DNA of 64,000 nucleotides from Candidatus Bathyarchaeota archaeon. GTDB taxonomy: Archaea > Thermoproteota > Bathyarchaeia > TCS64. Position 1 is the first letter of the stretch. Every line of letters starts with the position of its first letter. The notes beneath the pieces were generated by a model. It was not told the DNA's origin and did not search any database. It worked only from the letters and a program-made list of their open reading frames with translations. Positions 49,128-59,658 of the stretch are shown here, in pieces. Location: assembly GCA_963769425.1 (NCBI GenBank), contig CAVYLP010000004.1, positions 96,001-160,000 on the forward strand, read 5' to 3'. The translations under genes and the position numbers were made by a program.

Positions 49128-50351
49128 GTGAACGCGTTGAACAACGTCTTCATCAACGAGCTTAGTCAGGTGCCCCTTCAGTCGAGGTCTCTCGAGATCA
49201 CCGAGAGGAAGGGCCTCGGGCACCCTGACACGATGTGCGACAACATCATGAACCAGATCTCAGTCGACCTCTCAACCGAGTACATGAAGAGGTTCGGGGC
49301 AATCTTCCACCATAACATGGACAAGGGCCTCATCGCAGCTGGCGAGACTACGGTAAAGTTCGGCGGTGGAAAGGTAAACAAGCCGATCCTTATCATCTAC
49401 GGGGACCGCGCCACCTTCAAAGTTGGGAACGAAGATGTACCAGTCAACGAGATAGCCGAGAAGAGCACCAAAGCATGGCTAAAGAAAAACCTCCGTTTCG
49501 TAGACCCCGACATCCATGTAAAGTTCCAGAGCGAGATCAAGCCGGGCTCAGCCGCTCTGCAGGACATCTTCAGCAGGAAGAAGAAGGGCCAGTACCTAGG
49601 CGCCAACGACACCAGCGCCGCAGTGGGCTTCGCCCCCTATACAGAGCAGGAGAAGCTCATCCTCGGCCTCGAAAAGTATCTCAACTCACGGGACTACAAG
49701 AAGGAACACCCAGAGGTCGGCGAGGACATAAAGATCATGGCCCTCCGCCGGGGTAAGAAGGTCGACCTGACCGTAGCTATCGCAATGGTTGACCGCTTCA
49801 TAAAGAGTGAGGACGATTACTTCAAGCGCAAGGACGAGATCCTCGACACGATCCATGCCTGGATAGATGACAAGGGTGGATTCGAGGGTGTAGACGTTGC
49901 CTTGAATGCTCTCGACATGAGAGGTAGGGGCTTAGACGGCCTTTACCTGACTGTGCTCGGCACATCAGCTGAGGCGGGAGACTCTGGCCAAGTTGGCAGG
50001 GGCAATAACGTGCGCGGGGTCATCGCCCTCCTCCGCCCGATGAGTAGCGAAGCCGCCGCGGGAAAGAACCCCGTCAGCCACGTCGGCAAGATCTACAACA
50101 TGCTCTGCTACAAGATAGCGGACAGGATCATCGACGAGGTCAACGGCGTCGAGGAGACGTACGTATGGCTCCTGAGCAGGATCGGCCGCCCGATAAACGA
50201 GCCGAGCGTCATATCCGCCCAGGTCATCCCCCAGAAGGGCGTCTCTATGAAGAGCCTCCAGCCGAGCATAGAGGAGATAATCGACGACGAATTCGACCAC
50301 CTCGACGACTTCTGCAGCGCCCTCGCGGACGGCCACGTCGGCCTCCGCTAG
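49128..50351 (+). CDS. mat: S-adenosylmethionine synthetase, archaeal type
   Basis: ERKGLGHPDT, HHN.DK, ANDTS, GEDIKIM, GTSAEAGDSGQVGRGN, GKNPVSHVGKIYN. Confidence 0.95.
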   Translation: MNALNNVFINELSQVPLQSRSLEITERKGLGHPDTMCDNIMNQISVDLSTEYMKRFGAIFHHNMDKGLIAAGETTVKFGGGKVNKPILIIYGDRATFKVGNEDVPVNEIAEKSTKAWLKKNLRFVDPDIHVKFQSEIKPGSAALQDIFSRKKKGQYLGANDTSAAVGFAPYTEQEKLILGLEKYLNSRDYKKEHPEVGEDIKIMALRRGKKVDLTVAIAMVDRFIKSEDDYFKRKDEILDTIHAWIDDKGGFEGVDVALNALDMRGRGLDGLYLTVLGTSAEAGDSGQVGRGNNVRGVIALLRPMSSEAAAGKNPVSHVGKIYNMLCYKIADRIIDEVNGVEETYVWLLSRIGRPINEPSVISAQVIPQKGVSMKSLQPSIEEIIDDEFDHLDDFCSALADGHVGLR

Positions 50352-50971
50352 ACGCCTCTTTTCTCGCAGACATTTTCTAGGGGACAAACCCCGCATCGGG
50401 GTCTCCCCGGTTTACAGAACTCCTTACCCAGTCTCAGTATAGCTCCATCAGCGTAGCCATAATCCTCGCGTAGGAGCGATCCCTCGAGGGCGATTTTTAC
50501 ATCATCAGGGCCTGCCTTTTCATGCGCGAGCCCGAGCCTCTTCGTGACCCTGTGGATGTGGGTGTCTACGGCTATGGCAGGCTCCCCGTAGCCGTAGCTG
50601 AGGACAATATCGGCTGTCTTCGGCCCGACTCCGGGCAGGGTCATGAGCTCGGCTCGTGTCCGGGGGGTCAAGCCTCCGAACCTCTCGACGATCGCCCTGC
50701 TCGCGCCGATGATGTGCTTTGCCTTCTGGTTGTAGTAACCTGATGGGCGTATGAGTTGTCTAAGCACTGCTGGGTCTAGGTCGAGTATTTCCTGTGGTGT
50801 TGAGGCGACGGAGAAGAGTGCGTTAGCCGCCTTCGAGGCGTTCTCATCCCTCGTCCTCTGGGATAGTATGCAGCCGATAAGCGCCCTGAAGGGTTCCTCG
50901 GGGCTAACCCTGAAGGCGTCCTCACCGTAGTGCCCCTTAAGGGCCTTCAACACCGTCTCAGCTCTGTTCAA
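50348..50971 (-). CDS. nth: Endonuclease III
   Basis: LSQRT.D, LPGVGPKTA (HhH), AVDTH, C....P.C..CP....C. Confidence 0.93.
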   Translation of the reverse strand: MNRAETVLKALKGHYGEDAFRVSPEEPFRALIGCILSQRTRDENASKAANALFSVASTPQEILDLDPAVLRQLIRPSGYYNQKAKHIIGASRAIVERFGGLTPRTRAELMTLPGVGPKTADIVLSYGYGEPAIAVDTHIHRVTKRLGLAHEKAGPDDVKIALEGSLLREDYGYADGAILRLGKEFCKPGRPRCGVCPLENVCEKRGV

Positions 50972-52397
50972 TCCCCTGCATCGCCGCCTGTAGTCGGCTC
51001 GATAGGAACCCCGGGACCGATTTACCGTTCCTCTTAGCGAGCTTCTCGATCATCTTACCCGTCCCCGATGAGTACTGCGCCGCCTTCTTTGGTCTCCCAG
51101 AAACAGCCTGAGGGAGGCCCAGTCTCTCCGCTAGGTTCCTGAGTATAATCTTACGGGGCTCCTTTCCCTCCCTCGGGAGCTTGTACTGGGGTGGTAGGCT
51201 GAGGGCGAACCTCGTGAGCTGGGGGTCTATGAAGGGGAGTCTGAGTTCAAGGCCGAGGTCCGAGCACACCTTCCAGTCCCTCTCCAGGTTCACCTCGTGG
51301 GACCTGAGAACGTCGCGGAACATGCTGGCGACCGCCGCCCTCTCATCTTTCTGGTACTCATCGGCGTACTTCGCGTAGCCCCCGAAGAGCTCGTCGCTCC
51401 CGTTCCCCGAGTAGATGACCTTGCTGGATCGAGTCGAAGCCTTAGTCGCGACGAAGTATAGGGGTGTGGCCACCCCTACTTTCATTGGGTCCGCCTCCTC
51501 CACGCTGAGCAGGATACGGTCGAGGTGCTCATCCAGATCGGTCTCGTTGTACGTCTCAATCATTAGGGGGAGGTCAAGACAGCTGGCGGCGACCTCGGCG
51601 GCTTCCAGGTCGGGGGAATCAGTTGAGCCAACGCACGTGAGGCGGAGGCGTAGCCCAACCCGCTTGAGGTAGTAACCGAGCAACGTGCTATCTATCCCGC
51701 CTGAGAAGGCGAGGGTCGGTGCGGTCTGACCACTGGCGGTCCTCGCTGCGGCATTTGTAAGAAGCTGGTCTAACTGGTCGGTCGCCTCCTCGAGGTCGAG
51801 GGGGAATGTCGACGGGTTGTCGAGCGTCGTTATAGTTTCATCTTCCAACCCTTTCGGGCTGAGTGTGACTATATGCCCCGGGGGCACTCTTGTGGGCGTC
51901 ATGCCGAGCGCGACGAGGGTTTTCATGTTGCTCGCTACCGCAGCGTGTTCATCATTTTGCCCATAATAGACTGGAACGGCGCCGATGGCATCCCTCGCGC
52001 AGATAATCTGTCCCTCTTCGACAACAGCAGCAGCCCATGATCCATCTCTGCCGGTTAGTAATTCCTCCAAACCCTTTCGGGGATTGTTCCTCAGTGAATT
52101 GAAGATGGTCAGCGGGTCGGATGACTCCCAGAGTCGTCCTATGAAGGTTGTCGCGTGCCCCGCATCGAGGATAGGCTGGGGATTATCTAATGGGTTGGTT
52201 TTGATGAGCCTGTGGCCGAGGGCTACGCCGCAGTTTAGTGATGTAAAATCCGGTGCCCCCGGTGTATGCTCTACACCGTCGGGAGTCGCCAAGCCGTACG
52301 CGTCGGGTCGTGCTCCTGATTCTTGCCTGAGTAGTCTAATCAGGCGCGGTGTGACGTCCTCACCTCTTCGGCTGAGCAGCCCAACGAGTTGGCTCAT
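50958..52397 (-). CDS. Asparagine synthase (AsnB)-like protein
   Basis: ARDAIG..P.YY, FSGGIDS, SGNGSDELFGGY, ELRLPF.D, K..LR, RPKKAAQY. No N-terminal Cys. Confidence 0.85.
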   Translation of the reverse strand: MSQLVGLLSRRGEDVTPRLIRLLRQESGARPDAYGLATPDGVEHTPGAPDFTSLNCGVALGHRLIKTNPLDNPQPILDAGHATTFIGRLWESSDPLTIFNSLRNNPRKGLEELLTGRDGSWAAAVVEEGQIICARDAIGAVPVYYGQNDEHAAVASNMKTLVALGMTPTRVPPGHIVTLSPKGLEDETITTLDNPSTFPLDLEEATDQLDQLLTNAAARTASGQTAPTLAFSGGIDSTLLGYYLKRVGLRLRLTCVGSTDSPDLEAAEVAASCLDLPLMIETYNETDLDEHLDRILLSVEEADPMKVGVATPLYFVATKASTRSSKVIYSGNGSDELFGGYAKYADEYQKDERAAVASMFRDVLRSHEVNLERDWKVCSDLGLELRLPFIDPQLTRFALSLPPQYKLPREGKEPRKIILRNLAERLGLPQAVSGRPKKAAQYSSGTGKMIEKLAKRNGKSVPGFLSSRLQAAMQGIEQS

Positions 52398-52429
52398 ATC
52401 ATAGTGCTCGCGCGGCGGCGTGTTTCAGC

Positions 52430-52849
52430 TTATCCCTTGGCCTGTTCGTCCTCTGCAGCCTCGAGGATGGAGTCCACCTGCTCCTCCGTCAGCTTGGCGC
52501 CGTTGAGGAAGGCTCCCCGCCTCGGATCTGTGCTCAGGCATGACTTCTTGATGGGGTAGGGCCTCGCGAACCGGGTGAGACCCCTAAAGGTTAGTCCGCA
52601 CTTCCAGCCGTGCCCCCTGCTGTAATCCTCCTCCTCGGGTGCCATCTCCCAAAGCATCTCGACCTTGTCGACTATGCCGTAGCCGACGAAGGAGTCGCGC
52701 CCCTCAGCCTTCATTATGAGAAGGATGGGTGTCCCTCTTTTGTAGTCGCGCATGACGCCCGTGTAATACTTGTTTAGACGAAATACCTGCTCAAGCCACT
52801 CATCTCTGCTTATTCTTAGGATATAGCCGGGGTTCGCTAAGTGAAGCAT
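52430..52849 (-). CDS. Hypothetical protein, PUA/EVE-like
   Basis: W...F...G..IL......FVGYG.V...F..P.P...LT.EQV..I pattern. Confidence 0.5.
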   Translation of the reverse strand: MLHLANPGYILRISRDEWLEQVFRLNKYYTGVMRDYKRGTPILLIMKAEGRDSFVGYGIVDKVEMLWEMAPEEEDYSRGHGWKCGLTFRGLTRFARPYPIKKSCLSTDPRRGAFLNGAKLTEEQVDSILEAAEDEQAKG

Positions 52850-52882
52850 CAGTAGAGAATGATAGTAAGTATATTATAAATG

Positions 52883-55142
52883 TTAACTCTCTTTCTCGGG
52901 CTCGAACTTCTCCTCTACGAAATCAGTGAGGGCCTTCTGCTCCTTTTCCGCCTTGTCGAGGCTCTTCCACTCGTCCTCCTCGACTAGGCCACCGACCTGT
53001 TCCTTGATTGATTTTGCTAAGCGAGGTCCTATCAGGGGGAGGGCGACGAGGCGCTGCAGGGGGGCGCGCTTGAGCTCTGCGAGACCGGTAAGGCCACTAT
53101 TGTATAGAACGCGTGCGCGTACGCGGCCTATTCCCTTGAGTCGGACGAGCGGCAGCAGCTTCTTCGAGACGCCGTGCTTGACGCGGTCGTTTAGCTCCCC
53201 GAGCTGGCGCTTGTGGTCGGGTGCCCCGACTATGTCGGCTATCTCGTGGGCGCTGTATAGGAGCCACTCGGCATTATGGACGGCGGAGTATCGGTCTCCG
53301 GGCTGGACGCCGTGTTGCTCGAGGATGTCTGCCTCCGACTTCTCGTTTATCCAGTCGTCGAGGACCATAGCGGTCTTCACCTCGCCGAGGAACTGCTCGC
53401 GCTCAATGTAGTCCCCTCCCTCCTGATTGAGGGGGATGGCGAACTCCTCCTGCCTCTCCTCGGCGTATGTCTCGACCATCTCGAGGTCGCCTCTGCGTGG
53501 GCGGAGGATGGGTCTCATGTCGGGTGTGTGACAGATGAGGTGAAGCCAAGTGAAGTCGGTGACGTCCATTGCGCCCTTTCGTAGCCCGTTTCGGAGTACG
53601 ACGGCGGTGAGGGGGTCGATGTAGAGCTCCGAGACCCTCCTGCCGAAGTCGGTGGCGTAGAGATAGTTTCCTTTCTCCTCAAGCATTTCCTCCTTGAGGA
53701 GGTAGCGAAGGACGCCGGTGGTGATGAGCTTGATGCTCGCTGGGGGGTAGTTGAAGCCGTAGAAGGTGCCTCCGAGGAAGTCTAGTAGTCCCTGCTCGGT
53801 GTGTGCGTAGTCGCTGGCTATTGCGGCGAGTGTGTGACCCCGGAGCGCCGACTCCTGAGCGAGGCGGCTGTATAACCTCTCCGGGTCAGCGAGTATATAA
53901 TTCTCCATCAACTGGTCCTGCTCGTCGCTGCTACTGGCGATGAGTATGGCCTCGCCATATGGATCGTACTGTGGACGCCCTGCCCTGCCACTCATCTGCT
54001 TGTACTCGAGGACGGTGATGGGATACATTCCGTAGCCGGCGACGAAACGCTTGTAGTTACCTATTACCACGGTTCGAGCGGGGAGGTTGACACCCGCCGC
54101 CAGAGTCGGGGTGGCGGTGAGAATCTTCAGCGTCCCCGCCTTGAAAGCTCGCTCCACGATGCGCCGGTGCTCTGTGTTTAACCCGGCGTGGTGGAAAGAT
54201 ACACCCTTAGAGACGGCGAAGGCAAGGGCGTCTGTGAGGCTCGTCTTCTCCCCGTGAACCTCAATCTGCGATGCCAGCCCCTCGAGATCGGTCTGTACCT
54301 TTTTACTCTGCATCCCGTTGAGGGCCATCGCCGCCTCTCTCGCCATGCTCTCGGCGCGCCTACGGGACTCGACGAAGATTAGCGCCTGTCCGCCGTCTAG
54401 GACGCTGTTCATGGCAATGTTTAGCGCGTCCATCGTGTTGAGGGGCTTTGAGCTTCTTGACGGTGCCGTCGCGGAAAATGACAGTGTTGCCGTGTGCCAC
54501 ACCCTCATAGAGCTTCGTCGGTCTCCACTCGGTAGTGACGCACTCCGCGTTAAGCCACTCAGCAACCTCGTCGGCGTTCTTGATGGTGGCGCTGAGGGCG
54601 AGGACCTGCATGTTAGGGTTCATCTGGCGTAGCCGGGCGATAGCGATCTCCAGAGTGGGGCCGCGCTCGTCCCCGATGAGGTGGACCTCGTCCGCGATGA
54701 CTAGGGTGACGTTCCCCATCCAAGGGCTTCTGTGCCTGAGTAGTGAATCACACTTCTCGTTCGTTGTGATTACTATATCGTAGCCCTCGAGCCAGGGGCT
54801 CTTGCTGTCGAGGTCCCCCGTGCTGACTCCGACCCGCATCTTTCCCCCGCCGGGTTTCGGTATGCTCGTGTACTCCTCGAATCCCTCGAACTTCTCCCAA
54901 GCTAAGGCACGTAGGGGGCTGAGGTAGAGAACCTTTCCACGGCGCTCCAACACATGCTTGAGGGCACACAGCTCGGCGATGAGGGTCTTCCCGCTCGCCG
55001 TCGGGCTTGCGAGGACGAGGTTCTTTCCCTCAAGGACACCTGTGTTTACGGCGTCGGCTTGCGGCGGGTAGAGTTCCTTGATCCCCTTGAGGGTGAGGAT
55101 CTGCTTCACCTCTTCGGGGATGGGGAGGTCCGCCACAAGCAT
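52883..55142 (-). CDS. hel308: Ski2-like DNA helicase Hel308/Hjm; frameshift near 54450
   Basis: PTASGKT, DEVH, LSAT, FHHAGL, TPTLAAGVNLP, QMSGRAGRP, IGRVRAR.LY. Confidence 0.95.
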
Positions 55143-55187
55143 CTTCGATCCCGTATGCCTTGTGGGCGGGCTGATATTAAGTATGGT

Positions 55188-55985
55188 CTAGCCCATCGGG
55201 AGGCGCTCCTTAGCGAGGCTGACGAGGATCTCGATCGCCTCCTTGACCCTAGCCTCCAGCTCCCCCCTATCCTTCCCCCTAGCGCTTATCCAGAACTTGA
55301 TCCCCCTCTCCCCGTAGGGCTTCACCAGTGACTTTATCCAGACCCCCGGGACCCGCCTCATCGCCTCGTCTATGAGGGGGGCTAGGGTCGACTCGTCCCT
55401 CAGGGGAAGGCTGAGGACCTCCTCGTAGTAAGCCTCGTCGAGGTGCTGGGTTATGTGGGGAATTAACTGGTTGTCGAATATCCACATGAGCTCGTGTGGG
55501 ACACCGGGAAGAGAGACGACCTCGAAGCCCTCCCGCTCAAGCAGGACACCTGGTGCACCACCGACCTTGTTGTCGAGGGGGCGAGCGCCCTCTGGGAAGA
55601 CCGCCATCTTCCTCCTCGCCTCGGTGATCTCCCCCGACTCAATCCTGCCGCTCTCGTGGAGCTGCCTGTATTGCCTCGCGACTATGGCGAGGCCCTCCTC
55701 GTTCACATCTAACGGGAGATGGAAAGCTTCTGCGACGCCCTTGAGGGTCATGTCGTCGTGAGTGGGGCCAAGCCCACCGCTGGTGATTATGAGGCCGCAA
55801 CCGTCCTCTACCGCTCTATTGATGGCTCTCCCAATCTCGGGGACGTCGTCCCTGATCGTTAGAACCTCCTTAACCATCAAACCGAGTGGCTTGAGGCGCT
55901 CGATCATCCACTTCGTGTTAGTGTCGAGTATAATGCCGTCGAGTATCTCGTTGCCGACGGTTACTATGGCGACTTGGCGTATCAA
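55188..55985 (-). CDS. CinA-like molybdopterin-binding domain protein
   Basis: VGNEIL.G...DTN, SGGLGPTHDDMT, LPGVP.E. Confidence 0.9.
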   Translation of the reverse strand: MIRQVAIVTVGNEILDGIILDTNTKWMIERLKPLGLMVKEVLTIRDDVPEIGRAINRAVEDGCGLIITSGGLGPTHDDMTLKGVAEAFHLPLDVNEEGLAIVARQYRQLHESGRIESGEITEARRKMAVFPEGARPLDNKVGGAPGVLLEREGFEVVSLPGVPHELMWIFDNQLIPHITQHLDEAYYEEVLSLPLRDESTLAPLIDEAMRRVPGVWIKSLVKPYGERGIKFWISARGKDRGELEARVKEAIEILVSLAKERLPMG

Positions 55986-56022
55986 CTCGCTATATGGTTC
56001 CGGGTGGGGCGTAAAGGGTTTC

Positions 56023-57039
56023 CTAGACCCCGATGAGCCGCCCCAGATCGGCTAGATTCAACCCGGTAACGCCCTCCACCCTCGAGAGGACTTTTGAGTA
56101 ATGGATCCTGTTGTTCTCCATCTCGGTGAGGGCTTCGGGCCTCATCCCCCTCGCCGAGGCACCCGCATTCATCGTAATGGCCAAATCCCCTAGCCGGCGG
56201 AGACCCGCGAACGCCTCGAAGTAGGGCAGATCAAGAAGCTCCCTCGACGAGTATTCGGAGTACGAATCATAGACCTCCGTGCGGAGCGCCTCGTCGATGA
56301 ATGTTCCTGCGAGGAGACCCGTCCAGCATAGGTCCTCCCTGAAGTCCCCAACGGTGCAGCCCGCCCAGTCTATTACGACCGGCGAGCCGTCTTCTCGTAG
56401 CAAGACATTACGGGGATGGAAGTCCTGATGGATTAGACAAAGTGGACTCTCGATTACTCGCTCGGCGTTGCTCTTGAGCCACCCAACAAGGGGTTCGAAT
56501 GCGGCTCCGAGTCTACGTCTATTAAGCTCCTTCTCCTCCTCCCCGACCCTTCCGAGTACTCGGCGTCTGCTGTTTACGCGATAAACACCAGGGATGACCT
56601 TGCTCACTGGTATGTCGTGGAGGTTTGCCATGAGACGCGAGTTCAGAGAGAGCACTTCCCCGTACCTCTCTCTCGGGGAGCTGAAGAATACGTCCCAGAG
56701 TGTGCCACCCGTTATACGTTCCATGATGAGGAAGGGTGAGCCGAGCGTCTCGACCCCAGCCTCGTAGGCATAGACCTTGGGGACTGGGTACCCCACCGAG
56801 GCGAGGCGCTGCATGATGTTGAACTCCCACTCGGCCTTACGTGCGCCATCGTCTACCGGGTAGATTCTTGCTACGAGTTCGAGTGGCTCCTCACTTGGGA
56901 TATCGAGGGTGAAGGCCACAATCTGAGTCTCCCAACCGACGGTAATGTCCTTGGGTGCGACGATGCGTGCCCCCTCCCCGTGCAGCTCCCGAAAGAGGGC
57001 GCCGAGTCCCTCCTCGACTTTACTTATTTCAATCAACAT
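56023..57039 (-). CDS. Aminoglycoside/choline phosphotransferase (APH) family protein
   Basis: PVP.V, FLIMERI.G, HQDFHPRNV, VIDW. Confidence 0.85.
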   Translation of the reverse strand: MLIEISKVEEGLGALFRELHGEGARIVAPKDITVGWETQIVAFTLDIPSEEPLELVARIYPVDDGARKAEWEFNIMQRLASVGYPVPKVYAYEAGVETLGSPFLIMERITGGTLWDVFFSSPRERYGEVLSLNSRLMANLHDIPVSKVIPGVYRVNSRRRVLGRVGEEEKELNRRRLGAAFEPLVGWLKSNAERVIESPLCLIHQDFHPRNVLLREDGSPVVIDWAGCTVGDFREDLCWTGLLAGTFIDEALRTEVYDSYSEYSSRELLDLPYFEAFAGLRRLGDLAITMNAGASARGMRPEALTEMENNRIHYSKVLSRVEGVTGLNLADLGRLIGV

Positions 57040-57261
57040 CGTCGCCCCGTTCGTTCTTAATGTGACAGCGGTATTAATCTGATTGTTGCAGCGTCTAAAC
57101 TTGACTCCTATATAGCAAATGGAGAGAGCCCGTAACGCTTACCGTCGAAGACTTTATTACACCTATCAGTCAACTATAAGTGATTAAATAACCACTTACT
57201 TTAGATAAAAAAGGTTAAAAGCACTCCTCAACCCCAATCTGTTGGTTTCAGGTGAGGCTGG

Positions 57262-58263
57262 ATGGGCTGCACCGTTGTAGTTGACGGATTCTACGGAGAC
57301 ACTGGGAAGGGCAAGATAGTTTCCTACCTTGCGGTCGCTGACGATGTCGCCGTCGTGGCGAGGGCAGGGGTAGGCCCAAACGCGGGCCACACAGTAGTCA
57401 AAGACGGCAGGGCATACAAGCTCAGGATGGTGCCCTGCGGCTTCGTGAACCCGAAGGCGCGCATGCTCATAGGTCCCGGCGTACTCGTGAACCCGGAGCT
57501 GGTCCTCAAGGAGGTCGCAGAGACAGAGATAGAGAAGCGCTTCGGCATCGACCCACAGTGCGCCGTCATCGAGCCCAAGCACATCCAACTCGACCAGACG
57601 GACAGCAACCTCAAGAACACCGTTAAGACAACGGGCACGGGTACAGGGCCCTGCAACGCGGACCGGGTCATGCGCGTCGCCAAGATGGTGAGAGATATTC
57701 CCGAACTCAAGAAGTACATCTGCGACGTCCCCGCCATCGCGAACAAGGCCCTCGATGACGGTAGAAACCTGCTAATCGAGGGGACGCAGGGGACCTTCAT
57801 CAGCCTCTACTTCGGCCAGTACCCCTACGTGACTAGCAAGGATGTCTGCGCATCCGCCGCGTGCAGCGACGTGGGCGTCGGCCCGACGCGAGTCACCGAC
57901 GTGGTCATGGTGCTGAAGAGCTACGTGACCCGCGTAGGTGGCGGCGAGCTGGACGGCGAGATCAGCCAGGAGGAGGCGAAGAAGAGGGGCTGGGACGAGT
58001 ACGGCACCGTCACGGGGCGTCAGAGGCGCGCAGCCCCCTTCGATTACAACCTTGCCCGGCGGGCGAAGATGATCAACGGCGCGACAATGATCGGGTTGAC
58101 TAAGCTAGACATACTCTTCCCTGATTGCAAGGGCGCTAAGGAGTACTCGGAGCTCGGCGCGGATGCGAAGAAGTTCGTGAAGAAGATCGAGGATGAGGTC
58201 AAGATACCCGTCTCCCTCATTGGAACAGGGCCGGGTTACGACGAGCTCATCGATATGCGTTAG
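57262..58263 (+). CDS. purA: Adenylosuccinate synthetase (short archaeal type)
   Basis: GDTGKGK, GPNAGHT, EGTQG, YPYVTS, EYGTVTGRQRR, TKLD. Confidence 0.96.
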   Translation: MGCTVVVDGFYGDTGKGKIVSYLAVADDVAVVARAGVGPNAGHTVVKDGRAYKLRMVPCGFVNPKARMLIGPGVLVNPELVLKEVAETEIEKRFGIDPQCAVIEPKHIQLDQTDSNLKNTVKTTGTGTGPCNADRVMRVAKMVRDIPELKKYICDVPAIANKALDDGRNLLIEGTQGTFISLYFGQYPYVTSKDVCASAACSDVGVGPTRVTDVVMVLKSYVTRVGGGELDGEISQEEAKKRGWDEYGTVTGRQRRAAPFDYNLARRAKMINGATMIGLTKLDILFPDCKGAKEYSELGADAKKFVKKIEDEVKIPVSLIGTGPGYDELIDMR

Positions 58264-59414
58264 TGCCTGAAGAATCCCTTCTTTTGGGGCTCGGTGTTGA
58301 ACTCTTTCGCGAGTTCTTCCATGAGCTCGCGCTGATGTTTGGTCATCTTGACTGGGACCCTGACTGTTACGTGGACGAGGTGGTCGCCCCTACCGTAGCG
58401 GCTCGGCATCCCCTTGCCCTTGAGCCTTATTATGTCGCCGCTCTGGGTGCCGCTTGAGACCTTAATGGTTTCTTCACCGTTAATCACTGGGACCGTTATC
58501 TCCGCGCCCAGTGCGGCCTGTGCAACGTTTATCTCGGCTTCGTAGATAGTGTCTGCACCCTTTCGGAGGAGGTAGGGATGTGGCTTGACTCTGATTCCTA
58601 CGAATAGATCACCGGATGGGCCGCCATAGAGGCCCGCGTCCCCCTGTCCCCTGAGGGTGAGGTACATGTCCTCGTCTACCCCTGGGGGTATCTTGACGTC
58701 TATCTTCCTCCTCGTTTCCTCGACGCCGTCGCCCCTGCACTTTGTGCATGGCTTCTCCGGGGTCCTGCCGCGTCCCTGGCAGCGGTCGCATGTGGTGACG
58801 GTGATCATTCTGCCGAAGGGGCTTGCGACGCTCCGCTGGACCTGACCCGAGCCACCACATTTTGGGCATACGATGACGCTGGCACCGGGCTCGGCACCGC
58901 TGCCCCCGCACCTGCTGCATTTCTCCAGCCTGTTGAGGTTGAGTTCCATCGTGGCACCCGTAGCCGCCTGCTCGAGGGTTATCTCGACAGCTGTTTCGAG
59001 GTCCCTCCCCTTCTGGGGACCGCTGCGTTGGCGCTGGAAGCCGAAGCCCCCGAAGTTGCCTCCGAAAGCGCCACCGAAGAAGTTGCGGAGTATGTCCTCC
59101 ATATCGACGCCGAAGCCGCTGAAGTCTGCGCCGCGGAAGATGTCCTCCTGGCTGTAGGCGCCACTAATACCGGCGTGACCGTATGCGTCGTACTTCTGTC
59201 TCTTCTCCGGGTCGCTTAGGACTCCGTATGCCTCGCTTATCTCTTTGAACTTCTCCTCGGAGGCCGGGTCCTTGTTCCGGTCTGGATGCAGCTCGAAGGC
59301 GAGTTTCCTGAAGGCTTTCTTTATGTCGTCCTGGGTAGCGCTCTTGTCGACGCCTAGAATCTCATAGTAGTCCCGCTTCGCCGCCAAGAGCATCCCCTGG
59401 GTGCTAGGTCTCAT
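58260..59414 (-). CDS. dnaJ: Chaperone DnaJ
   Basis: J domain HPD, G/F region, four CxxCxGxG motifs. Confidence 0.97.
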   Translation of the reverse strand: MRPSTQGMLLAAKRDYYEILGVDKSATQDDIKKAFRKLAFELHPDRNKDPASEEKFKEISEAYGVLSDPEKRQKYDAYGHAGISGAYSQEDIFRGADFSGFGVDMEDILRNFFGGAFGGNFGGFGFQRQRSGPQKGRDLETAVEITLEQAATGATMELNLNRLEKCSRCGGSGAEPGASVIVCPKCGGSGQVQRSVASPFGRMITVTTCDRCQGRGRTPEKPCTKCRGDGVEETRRKIDVKIPPGVDEDMYLTLRGQGDAGLYGGPSGDLFVGIRVKPHPYLLRKGADTIYEAEINVAQAALGAEITVPVINGEETIKVSSGTQSGDIIRLKGKGMPSRYGRGDHLVHVTVRVPVKMTKHQRELMEELAKEFNTEPQKKGFFRH

Positions 59415-59452
59415 CCGAGTCGGTCGGCTTAAAAACGTTTACATGTGCCCGT

Positions 59453-59594
59453 TTAGTCGGCAGCGTGTTCATAGAGGGTTTCGAGGCGATCGAATTATCC
59501 CTCCATCTTGGTGAGCAGCTTGTCGATCGTCTCCTCGTGCTCTATGGGACCTGATAATAAGGTCTAGAGTTGTCAGGTATCTGCGCTCCGTCAC
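59453..59594 (-). CDS. Possible small coiled-coil protein between dnaK and dnaJ (frameshifted; absent from the ORF track)
   Basis: Rejoined frames: TERRYLTTLDLIIRS/IEHEETIDKLLTKMEG/FDRLETLYEHAAD*. Confidence 0.35.
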
Positions 59595-59658
59595 GGGGGT
59601 CGATTGACTAGGGAGCGGAAAAGTTTGTGTCACCCCGAGGCAGGTCGGGGGCGTACAG

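Noticed and set aside
54360-54565. Programmed frameshift or split hel308
   Set aside because: There is no clear slippery heptamer with a stimulatory structure, and many similar indels occur throughout the window.
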